Made by a program: the position numbers and the translations under genes. This document shows, piece by piece, positions 1 to 12,815 of a stretch of DNA of 64,000 nt. The stretch is taken from the NCBI RefSeq assembly GCF_009914755.1, contig NC_060929.1; one strand, 5' to 3'. The notes under the pieces were generated by a model, which saw only the letters and a program-made list of their open reading frames with translations, had not been told where the DNA came from and did not search any database. Each line of letters begins with the position of its first letter. The stretch's first letter is position 1. This DNA comes from the human T2T-CHM13v2.0 reference genome, Homo sapiens.

Positions 1-260
1 ACTCAACCTTAATAAAGGACATCCTATCATATGGTATAACATGAATGAACCTTAAGGATATTATGCTACACAAAAGAAGCCAGTCACAAAATGACAAATA
101 CTATATGATTCTACTTACATGAGGTATCTATAGTAGTCAAACTCTTAGAAACAGAAAGTTGAATGGTGGTTGCCAGTGGTTGAGGGAGGGAGAAGAGGGG
201 AGTTGTTCAATGGGTATACAGTTTCAGTTTTGCAAGATGGAAAAAAAGTACATGAATGTG
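1..260 (+). mobile_element. Old L1 (L1MB-like) 3' UTR fragment
   Basis: Matches the L1M 3' end: ATGAACCTT..ATTATGCTA..AAGCCAGTCACAAAA..GACAAATACTATATGATT..AGAAACAGAAAGT..GAATGGTGGTTGCCAG..GTTTCAGTTTTGCAAGATG. Confidence 0.85.
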
Positions 261-655
261 CATTTAATTTGGCAATTATAAACCTTTGATTGTGGGAACT
301 GCCCAGAGTGTCTAGTACAGTGGCTTGCATAAATAGGTTTAAGTAATGTTTATTAGACCAAATTATATTTATTGGCCAAGGTAGAAGAAGTTATTTATGA
401 ATTTATAGACTAGGGCAGTGTTTCTCAGAATTTTAAAATGCATTGCCTTCTTTCATCAAGCACAAAAGCTCTTATCTTTTTTCGTGTTATTTGTAATTTC
501 AAAATAAATTATACAGCATGATTAAAAATTTATACAATAGCAATTTTTGAATATATCTTGTCACACTGATCATAGGCCCATCCCTCACTGATTTCTGCAG
601 CACACCCCTAGTTAGTATGTTTCCAAGCTTGAAATTGCTGCTGGAATCTAAAACA

Positions 656-843
656 GAGATGGCAAATAAAGGCACATATGCTTGTCACTGTCCCCTTTTT
701 TTATACATGGCAGAAATGAATCATATTACTTTCTTTTCCAATGCACCCAGGCATAGCATCTGAACTCCTCTTAACACAACCCACATGGCAGCCACACCAA
801 TGGATTGGTGTTAGTTGCAAGATGAGGTCAACTTTCCATCCTT
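656..843. mobile_element. Possible decayed hAT-Charlie-type MITE
   Basis: Ends CAGAGATGGCAAA / TTTCCATCCTTG form an imperfect terminal inverted repeat about 190 bp apart. Confidence 0.35.
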
Positions 844-1107
844 GGCTTAGGGTGTAATTTTCAGGTGCTTGAATTTATGTATAAGGGTCTGTGGATCAAA
901 ATAATGTACACGCTGATGTTGCACATAGAACAACTGGAAAGAACTCTGAATGCAGGAGCTGCTCATCTAGCTGTGCCCATTCTGAGTACTCAAAAGTCTA
1001 CCTAGTTTGAGCATCTACGTACAATAACATGAATATCTGTCCCTTCAAAACATCTTTAAAAGATGGTGAAATTATATTTAGAGAATAGCTGAATATATAC
1101 TTTACAA

Positions 1108-1415
1108 TGTAAACTCTATCATTTACCATAAATATAATATATATGTAAACTCTATCATTTACCATATATAATATATGTATATATGGTACTATGGTATATA
1201 TATGGTACTATGGTATATATATGGTAATATATATAATAATATATGTAATATACCATATATAATATATGGAATATTATTCAACATTAATAAAGGACATCCT
1301 GTCATATGTTATAACATGCTGTTATAACATGAATGAATAATACATGTAATTTGCCATATATAACATATGGTGTATATATATGCTAAATGGTATATATATA
1401 TTTATGTATATATGC
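1108..1415. repeat. TA-rich low-complexity region with short tandem duplications
   Basis: Two copies of TGTAAACTCTATCATTTACCATA, repeated ATATGGTACTATGGTAT, and (TA)n runs. Confidence 0.85.
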
Positions 1416-1710
1416 AATAGATTATGCTGTCTACCTCTGTTTTCTTCCAGTGTGGGACTATAGTTACTGAATCTACTGAAATGCTTGTGGGGCACATTCC
1501 GTGTTCATGTTCTCCACAATGGTGGTATATCACAAGACAAGTATACTAGGCATCTTATTTGGGAGCTCAAGAGTTTATTGTTTTTGTTTATTTTTGCTAT
1601 GAAGAAGTGCTTCTATCTTTTGCATCACAGTTTCTTATGTCTGTGGTCTGTCTGGCAATACAAACTCATTCAGGTGGATACATGTGTGTGCATGAGTGTG
1701 TGTCTTTGTG

Positions 1711-2258
1711 TGTGTTGACAGAGTTAAGAATATGCCACCTCAAAATATGCTGCCCTGGCATATTAGCTACTTAGAGTTAAAGGCACTTGGAAAACAGCAG
1801 CTACAAGAAGATTACTCTGACCTTCCTTCTGTTTCTTAAAAGCAGGGAATGAAATTCCCAGGTGAAAGATATCCTCCGTGTACCATAAGGAAAGTATCAT
1901 TCTCATCATCAAGGATGGGAAGCTGGGACCAAGGGAAATCTATACCAACAAACCTTGTTAAACTACCCTCATCCCCCTCATCACTTCTCTACCCAATTAA
2001 CTACCCTAGCCCGACCCCCTCTGCCTTGTCACATTTTTATAATTTGCTGCTCTTTGTCCAACTCAGTATGTAAGTATTCAATTCTAACCTCATCTTTGGG
2101 TCTTCATTTCCTAGTGAAGGCTCCTATGCTACATAAAACTTATACTAAACAAATCTATATCTTTTTCTCCTGTTGATTGATCAGTCTTGTATCAATTTAA
2201 TTCTCAGGCCCAGCCAAAAACCCTAGGAGGGTAGAGGTAAAATGTCACCTCTGCTACA
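1711..2258 (+). mobile_element. ERV1 solo LTR, MER34/MER39 family
   Basis: TG...CA ends; 5' motif AGAATATGCCACCTCAAAATATGC; 3' motif GGGTAGAGG..CTGCTACA; flanked by TTGTG at 1706-1710 and 2259-2263. Confidence 0.8.
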
Positions 2259-4535
2259 TTGTGTATGTGTTTCCCTTTCTTGGAGTTTTAGTTGAAAGCC
2301 AGTTCTTCCATTTGTGCAGTTTCAGGTCACTTTCTGCATATTATCTTCAAACATTCTACCAGAAGCAGGAGTTCTGTTGGTTTCCTTTTTATAATGGTCA
2401 TGCCCAATGCCAAGTTGGATACATAGAGAGTGCCTTATTATGAAGGTGGATAAGTAGTTTTCAGGTATTAAGTGCAGACTTTCCCCTTCACATACATGTA
2501 CAGGTCATTGGCTGTCATCTCTAAGGTGGAGAACCTCAGGAGGGAATGATGAGTTGTGTTATCTTAGAGGGTGAGATACTGGGCTCCAGGGCTCCAGGCA
2601 TGCCAAACATTCCCATGGCCCAAGTATTGCATGATGTCACAAAGCTGCCAGGCTTTGTGGAACAATTTGGGCTTGAACACTGTTCATTCAGCAGTATTGA
2701 ATGAAAGATTGAAAGAGACTCTGACTGTTTCACATGACCCTAGGGGTCAAAGAGTAAAAAATACAGAAAATCAACTCAATTTGATAGTTTATTAAGTTGT
2801 CCTTCCAAATTCTGCACCTATTATGTTTTTACTTCCCTAGAAAGAAAAAAAATTGACTCCCACTTTCAGGATCTAAGGTCCGAGGAGGAAATACGTACCT
2901 CTCCTAAGGGACTATTCACTTATCCCTCTACGGTTTGCTAAGCCAATCCCACCCCCACCTCCCATCCCTGGCAAGGTTATTCTGAAAGTAGACTAAGGGG
3001 AGGCCCTTTTAGCATGATTGGAACTCTCACCTTGGCAGCCACCTCTCAGACAGCCTGCTGAATGGCTTCTCATAAACCCAACAAAGTGTTAAATACTGCG
3101 AAAAAACCTTCCATCTTCCCTGTCCAGCCGGGGTTGAGCTGGTGCTACTGAAGTGGACCCATTTGTGTCTGTGTCCGTTTGATGAGGAAGGTGCAATTGA
3201 TTCATCCTCAGTGCCTTCTGTCATCAGCTCCTCTTAATGGGAGAAGTTGTGAGTAGTTTGGAGGCAAGTCAGACTAAGCTTGGAACAGAGCAGGCCATTC
3301 AGCCTTGACCTTGTCATGCCAGCAGCGCTTTAAATGGGTTATATTTGTGTGTGCTTTTTGAGTCTGAATATCCTGGGTCAGTGCCCTCTGTGCCAATTTC
3401 TAACCTCAGAATAAATGCAGACCTATTTTCTGGGGACTATTTAAGAACTTAGCTTGCCATATGAACTTGATTTTAGTAAGCTCAAAAGCCTGGATATTCA
3501 GCCCTAGTGACTAAAGCCCTGATGTTTGACAATGTCCACACTCTCAAAAGCTAGACTCCTCAGGTGTTCTGAAATTCACGACCTTTTCTTGGCCTCAGGT
3601 ATCTGACACCGATGTGTAGCATTTCAGAAGTGTGTCATAACCAGGATTCACATGCATATTTTCTGGGGACTGGAGTTTCATGCCTTGGAAACAACTTCAG
3701 TTTTTGGTGGGAAGTTATTTTTATCAAAGGAAAAACAAACATTTTATAGCCTATCCTGGTACGGTAGCCTGCCTTTGGTGACAGAACCAGAATCTGGGCA
3801 ACAAGAAATGTTCTTATGCTTTAGACTCTGCAAGATCAATTGCTGGATACTACCCTATCCTTTCCATGAAAAGGATCAGTGTTTGTGGAAACCCAGAGTT
3901 TGGGATATGTTTTTAATATTTTCTCTTCAGTGTCTTTTTTTGGTAGATATCCCTAAGCTAGGTTGATTCGGGTGGGTATTATCTACTAAAAATTAATCTT
4001 ATTAGCAAATACCTATAATATTGTATTTACTAATAAGATTAGCAATAATAAAAGAATAATTATTCTTTTATTCATACTTTTTATCACCATCCTGTATTCA
4101 ACCCCTTAGTAGTTTGAAAGTGCTGATATTACTCTTTCAAACTCAGTCCTTCACCAAGTCACTCCATTCCCTCAATCAACACACTGTTCTCCAGGAGGAT
4201 CATAGCTATTTTTCCATTGTTTTGAAACATGGGTCACAGTTTTAGGCATTTCATAAGTCTTAGGTGATGCAGTATATCAGCAATCCTGGATGAAAGCTAC
4301 ACCTGTGGATATACATTTGTAGCCACATCTTAAATATTCAAGAAATGTTGCTGTTCTTTATTTTCTTCAAGTCAACTTAAGTCAGATTCAGCAAAGAACC
4401 CCAACCCCCATTCCCCACCCATTCCTGGCAGACCATGAAGGTCAGGCAATTTGATGTCAATCACAATTGGGACTCTAAATCACTTCTGTGAGTTAAATTA
4501 ATCTGCTCCAATTTTATGAGTTAAATTAGTCTGCA

Positions 4536-4698
4536 GCAGAATTTTTTCAAACTTGACACATCAGGCTGAATAATTCTTTATTGTCAGAGCATCCCGTGCA
4601 TTGTAGAATGCTTAGTAGCATCTTTGGCCTCTACCTGCTAAATGCCACATTTAAGAGAGTCCCTCATTAGCCATGATAATCAAAGTATCTTCTTTGCT
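4536..4698. mobile_element. MER20-like hAT MITE fragment
   Basis: GAATAATTCTTTATTGT..GTGCATTGTAGAATGCTTAGTAGCATCTTTGGCCTCTACC..AATGCCA matches the MER20 core. Confidence 0.75.
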
Positions 4699-4699
4699 G

Positions 4700-6143
4700 A
4701 ATGGCTGGCTATGTAATTTGTGGGTCACAGGAAAAAATGAAAACATGGAGCTTTTTAAAAATAACTTTTGCTTATAAAACATAATGGGGGACTAGTAATA
4801 TATGAGTAAACAACATAAAGTTATAAGTTACAAAAAAAACTATGGGATTACAATTTTATATAACAGAATAAAGATGTGTGATTAACATGATGTCTCAATC
4901 ATAAGATTGTTCTGACTTACCTTTCTACAGATTTATTCATTAGATCTCTAAATTTATACTTTAGCTACTGTATTTTCAATTGATATAATTGAAAGCAATG
5001 TCAGTTGCTCCTGGAAAGTGTGATATTGCAAGTAATTTTTAATTTTGAGAAGTATCTTTCTGCTGATGCAACCATTACTAAAGCTGTTAAGAGTATTTTA
5101 AAGGCTATGATGACATTGGGATAAGTTTCTGGTAAATTATTTCAAAATATACATTTTAGTATGTTTACAGCATTGACGATTCTTATGTACCCATTTTTTT
5201 AAATAAAAAATTTAACTCTTCATATAAGTCAGTTTTCAGTTGTCTGAATTTAATTTTAAATGTAAGTTTACATAATGGCATTTTGATATTTTCTCTGACA
5301 TTTCTTGTGACTTGAGGAGGTCATATAACAAACCTAAAGTGGTTTTGTGATTTGTCTCTAATTCAAAGAGCCTGTTTATATATTCTATCATCGTCTCTTC
5401 AATTACAAGAAAAACTTAATTTTAAAATTGTCTCCCTCATTAATAATTGATTCATCCAACGCTTCATATGAAAAGAGTGTACTCTTCTGTCAAATGTGAC
5501 AATGGTTAAATTCAATCTCTATTTCTAATTCTGTGGATGTTTGCTCTTTAATGTTGCAGCAGTTTTTGAAACCAGAGATTCTAGCTCTTTGAAGAATCCT
5601 AATAACTCCCTGATATGCTTTATTGCCATGTCCATGAGTACACTTTTATTTTGTAAGAATTTACTGACAAGGTTTTCTGTCTGAGCACCACACTTCCTGT
5701 CCTGGTTTTCAGACCATCGATTTAATATTCATGCAGATGCTATAGAGATGGGCTCTGGGAATTGACAGACACCCCAGGTCCCCTCACTGGCACAGGCAGA
5801 GCCCCTCCTCTCTCACGGGTCAGTGGATGCTGCCACCATTCTTGCAGCTTCTGCCATTGCTGCCACTACTGTCACCAGCAATGTGGGCCCAGGACCTGGC
5901 TCTGGCCATCCACTTGGGGCTCAGGCTGCCTGTTGCACCTGCAGGACTGAGCACCAGCATGGGCACCAAGAGTGTTTCCCCCTGCTCACCTGGGGCTCCA
6001 TTGTCTAGTCAGACTTACTCACAAAACACAACTTCACAGGCACAATAAAACATTTCAAGAGGCTGATACCAGAGCATTAAGCCAAGTGTAGCTGAGAAGG
6101 GCCCTGTGTGACCTTATAGTCTGCAAGACCATGTAGCCAGCCA
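4700..6143 (-). mobile_element. MER45R-like hAT-Tip100 (Zaphod-related) DNA transposon with transposase C-terminal remnant
   Basis: Both ends match MER45 termini (GGCTATGTAATTTGTGGG..AAAATGAAAA; CAGAGCATTAAGCCAAG..GGCCCTGTGTGAC..CATGTAGCCAGCC). Minus-strand translation of about 5140-4980 gives NLPETYPNVIIAFKILLTALVMVASAERYFSKL/KNYLQ..QEQLTLLSII, a frameshifted hAT dimerisation domain. Confidence 0.85.
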
Positions 6144-6726
6144 ACCCAGCCAAGGATTCTCATCTAGTCTGGAAGGGCTTCCTGCACAGGGGTGGATGTG
6201 CAGTCTTGGTGTTCAGTAATGTCATATTTCTTTATTGACTTTAAACCAACCCACATTCAGTCAGGGTCCCTTTAAACCTAACATCAAAAATTACCCTTAC
6301 CCTTTTGGAGGCCTCCTCCCATGAATAACGGTCCCGTGGATGTTACACAGAACAAACATCAAGGGGGGCTGCTGCGTTTCTGTTCACCATCTTGGGGGTG
6401 GGTACTCTGCAGCTTCCCTGTCCTAGAGGGTCTTCGGCTGCATAAGGATCAGTTGTCTTCCCAGATGCCCCCATAGCCAATGCACTGTGAGGTTCTGCTC
6501 CTCTGCCGGTGACTGCTGGGACTGTGGGTCCTGAGTCCGAAGATCTGGAAATCCACAGAACAGTCTCCTTTCCCAGCTATGGGAGTATAGACTCTTCTCT
6601 CTTCTTCACCTAAAGTTCTCAAGAAGCTCAGGCTTCCAGAAAGCAAAATCCAGAAAGTGGGGTGCTTCTATCTGGTAACACAGTTGTCTCCCAGGCAAGG
6701 GATCTTCTGGGCTGTCGTTTTGGAGA

Positions 6727-6744
6727 GTGTGTGTGTGTGTGTTT

Positions 6745-6780
<36 letters not shown>

Positions 6781-6796
6781 TGTATGTGTGTGTGTG
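6727..6796. repeat. (TG)n microsatellite
   Basis: Interrupted TG dinucleotide run seen directly. Confidence 0.95.
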
Positions 6797-6879
6797 ATGG
6801 GAGAGAGGATGAAGGGGGAAATAGGGTAGCAAGGGGAAAATGCAGAGCAATAACACACGTTGAGACTCATTCTCTTAGG

Positions 6880-7455
6880 TGAATGAGTGTCACTGAGCAC
6901 CCAGTCTGTGTCAGGTACTTTCAAGTTTCTAGGAATAAAGCAGTCAACAAAACAAACTCCCCATCCTCATGCAGTTGACATTTTTATTAGAAGAGATAAG
7001 AGTGGGCAAATAAGTACATAAAATATGCTGTGCATTCAGGGGGAATGTTATTTAGAAAAACAAAGCAGTACAGGGGATAGGCTATGTCTAGTGGGGGTTG
7101 TTATCTGCTAGAGAGAGGTCCCTAATGTCAGTGATGATGTGTGAGCTGAGACCTGGAGGGGTTTTGGGAAGAAACCCCTTCACCCGTGTGGGTGAACATT
7201 TGAGGGCAGAGCATTGCAAGTAGAGGCTGTGGACTGGAGCAAGCTCCGCACATGTGAGGGAGGGCGAGGGGCCACTGGGATTGTGTGGAGGTGAGATCAG
7301 AGGTCGAACAGTTGGGAGGAGCAGAGCTGTTCACCTGTAGGTCACTCTACAACCTTGCTTTTTTTCTGAGAGAGTTGAAAAGATGGGTTTGAGAAGAGGA
7401 GGGGCATGGCAAGAGTTCTGTGTTAAACACAAGGATCCCTCTGGCTGTTATATCA
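6880..7455 (-). mobile_element. L2 3' fragment
   Basis: CTGAGCACCCAGTCTGTGTCAGGTACT..GCAGTCAACAAAACA..CCTCATGCAGTTGACATT and downstream purine-rich sequence, typical of antisense L2. Confidence 0.7.
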
Positions 7456-8600
7456 ATGAAGCATCCTGCCATGGAAGGCCCTTAAATGCCATTAAACCCC
7501 ACTGTGCTAGCACAAGTTGCCCTTTGGAAGCTTCTCTGGGTTTATTTTTGGGGCACAGAGGGATAATGGGAATGAGGTCCAGCTGCTGCAATGTGATGGT
7601 TACTCCTTGGGACATATTTGTGCTCCTGAGGGATCTTCCTAGATGCCTCAGGTTTCCCAGGGGTAGCAAAATGTGGCTGCTTGAAGCCATCCCCGAATTA
7701 TTCCAATACCTTCAAAAATCAAGTTGTTGAAAGTGTGAACAGCAATTCCGGAGCACTCTCTTTCCATTTCTGGCCACAAGGGGCCTCCTTTCCAAGTGGT
7801 CTGGCTGTCAGGGCAGCTCCTCTGCCTGGAGGTTGGTGTTGCCTGGCACTTTGCATGGCTGAAAGACCACCACCATATAAACAATAACAAGGCCTGTTGG
7901 CTTTGAAATTGGTTATGGAGGCATGAGAGGCTCTGCCCTGCTCAGCTCTCATCAAGATGAAATCGGCCAGGTCAATTTGGAAAAGACATTTCCTCTTTCT
8001 CCAGGCTGGCTTTACTGTAAGAAATGGCCTCTGACTTTGAAGATGGTCATGAATGGTCCACTTTTTGGGAGAGGTCAATGTTTCTTTTATTTTTTCCGTT
8101 GAAACTGAGGTCAGCAAGCGATAGAAAAAGCAGATCCCTGTTTTTCAGCTGACTTCATCACCCGTCTACAAGGTCATGCTTAATGAGTCACATCACTGTT
8201 CATATCACTTGTTAAAATGTACAGAATTTTCTACGGCCTGTCTCTTTCATTTTAAGTGTAGGCTCAAGGGCTTAGATTCAGAAAAATCTGGGGAAATCTG
8301 ACAGGCTTTAATTCCAAAAATGAGAATCTCTGATATTTCTGTTGTTCTTCCTTTTAAGTAGCTCACTGAAACATTATACATTTTACAGATTGAGAAGTGT
8401 GGATTTTAGTGTTAACTGTGTTCTCTTTCCCCATGCACACATCTTTACACCACCTTTTCAATGTAACTGAAGATAGAAGAGCAAGACAGAGAGAGATTAG
8501 AACTGTCAGAACTTTAAAATGGGAAGCACCCTGACAGACTAGAAGAAAAAAAAGTAAACCAAGACTTGTTAATGCTATAATTTCACTGAGGGTAGGTATC

Positions 8601-8629
8601 TTGTTGTTGTTGTTTTTTTTTTTTTTTTT
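8601..8629. repeat. (TTG)n + poly(T)
   Basis: Seen directly. Confidence 0.85.
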
Positions 8630-8965
8630 CATTTGGTTGTTTTGCAAGCTTAGCACTGTGGAAGAAAAATAGAATGTCAATAAATTCAACATCGAACATC
8701 TATTCAATGAGTTATTTCCTAGTAGGAGGAAAAAAAATTGAACCAGTCTAGGCAGTCTAGAGGGAAACTGTAAATGACTTGTAACTAAGAGGATATGACC
8801 CTCTGCATAATTCATAATCATTAGTCTAAGTGACACTTCTGCAATCACTCTGCCAGGGCACTCTAATATGGTGGGGCTGGAACCCAAACAGTCCACTCAG
8901 CAGCAGTCCCTATATGATCAGATTTCTCTGAAAGACAACTCCCTGGAAGGCTATATTTGGGCTGC

Positions 8966-8970
<5 letters not shown>

Positions 8971-9028
<58 letters not shown>
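8971..9028. repeat. (AT)n microsatellite followed by poly(T)
   Basis: About 22 perfect AT units followed by a T run. Confidence 0.95.
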
Positions 9029-9699
9029 AACAGAAGATGCTGGCTCAGCTTCATCATGTGTGCAATTTAAGGGTTGCTCAAGTGATTCTTTAAAACTGCA
9101 TAAAAGCAATTCTGCTGTGCCTGGGAGACAGTGTTGCTACAATGTTCTGTGCATATATCTGCATGATTTCTCAGAGCTAATTCAAATTTAATGCATTGGT
9201 AATTCCTTTTTTGCCGAAGCCACCCAGCAGTAATCTGAAGGTCACAGAATGATCTTTCGGCTCAAATAACACTTTTAGACTAGCATAAATGGAGAGGCAG
9301 AAATATAATGGGCAGAATTAGGCTTGCAATGATACATTCACCCTCATTACTACCCTGAGTGAGGCTGACCAGAGTTTAGAGTGTTTTTAAAAGGATAATC
9401 ATAATAGAGTGTTAATAAAACTGAGAGTCAAACTATAGCAGTCTTTTATCAGAAATGGTGTAATAACCAAAATGACAGCATGTGAACAACTTAGAAAATA
9501 TTTTCCTAACAATTGAAAAGACTATTCTCAGGGTAAAATTAAGGCTTTGATTGAAGCACTTAGAAGAACCAACTCAATCTGTGGGGCATCAGAGACTAAC
9601 AATTTAGGTTGGTTGTCATAAAAATACTGACATCCAATTAAAGTCCAGATGAATAATAAAAAGAGTAAACTGGGGAGTATTTTAAATGAATTTAAATAA

Positions 9700-10570
9700 G
9701 CTTTTTAAATTTTATAATAAAATTATATTTTTATAAAAAATTGTGAAGATAGTTCAAAGAATTCCCATAGGTCCCACATGCAATTTTCCTAATTATTAAC
9801 ATTTTATATTGCTGTGGTTGATTTGCCATAATGGAAGAACCAATGCTGATACATGATTATTAAATAAAGTCCACACTTTACTCAGATTTCCTTAGTTTTT
9901 ACCTACTGTCCTTTTTTCTGTCCCAGGATTTTATCGAAGATATCTCATGATATGTAGTTAGTTGTCATGTCTCCTTTGGCACTTCTTCCCTGTGACAGTT
10001 TCTCAAACTTTCCTTGTTTTGATGACCTTGACAGTTTTGAGGAGAACTAATCAAGTGTCTTCTTGACTGTCCCTCAATTTGGGATTTGTCTAATGGTTTC
10101 CTCGTAATTAGACTCAGGTTGCGGTTTTTGGAAGACCACAGAGGAGAATGCCATTTGTATCACATTATATCAAGGGTTCATGCTATCACCATGACGTCTC
10201 ACTGTTGATGTTAACCTTGACCACCTGGCTGACATAGTGTTTGTCGGGTTACATTTTTCCCCCTTTCCATATCACATCCATTGGAAAGAGGTCACCATGC
10301 AGCCCACGCTTAAAGAGTGCAGTCTTGCACTACCTCCTTGAGGATGGGATATCTACCTGAATTATACAGAATCTTCTACATGGGAGATTTGTCTAGTCTT
10401 CCCCATTTAGTTTTCAACCATATATTTATATCAATATAAACTCATGGATGTTTATTTTCTACTTTGGGTATAATATACCATGTTATTTTATTGCTCAAAT
10501 TGTTTCAACTTTGGCCATTTGAAATTTTTTGATTGATCTGAAAGTGTCTCCATTGTTGTGGGGCTTTCTG

Positions 10571-10613
<43 letters not shown>

Positions 10614-10650
10614 CTTTTTTTACTTTCTGGGACTACAAGATGATTAAGCC
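9700..10650 (-). mobile_element. L1MC-type 3' region, left part (resumes at about 12453)
   Basis: TCAGATTTCCTTAGTTTTTACC..GTGACAGTTTCTCA..GATGACCTTGACAGTTTTGAGGAG..CTGTTGATGTTAACCTTGA, an antisense L1MC 3' UTR. Confidence 0.75.
10571..10611. repeat. Poly(A)41 tract
   Basis: 41 uninterrupted A. Confidence 0.95.
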
Positions 10651-10654
10651 TCAT

Positions 10655-12452
<1,798 letters not shown>

Positions 12453-12815
12453 AGCCTCATTTTGTATGTTTACCACCCCAGTTTTAGGATCAGCCATTTC
12501 TCCAAGGAGCCCTGGTTTCTTTTATTGGAGAATGGATTTAGAGAACAAGATCTGGTGCGAGGTATGTTGGTTGCTACTGAAGTATCATTGTTCTATGTCC
12601 TCTCAGCTGACAGAGTAAGGAAATATATGTATGTATAACCCATGTATTAATATATTCACGTATCTATAAATATTAACCTATGTAACACTATGTATTTATA
12701 GTAAGCGAAACATGAGTTTATACCAGGGTCTCCAGGTCAAATCTTCATAGATCATACTAGACTCTTCTTTGCTTATTTGTAACTTTCAACTCCAACAGTG
12801 AGAAACTTGGTCAAT
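12453..12815 (-). mobile_element. L1MC-type 3' region, right part
   Basis: CAGCCATTTCTCCAAGGAGCCCTGGTTTCTTTTATTGGAGAATGG..AACAGTGAGAAACTTGG continues the element interrupted at 10650. Confidence 0.75.

Noticed and set aside
8363-8896. 177-aa minus-strand ORF
   Set aside because: Runs through poly(A)/(CAA)n low-complexity sequence (KKKKKNNNN) and has no recognisable domain.
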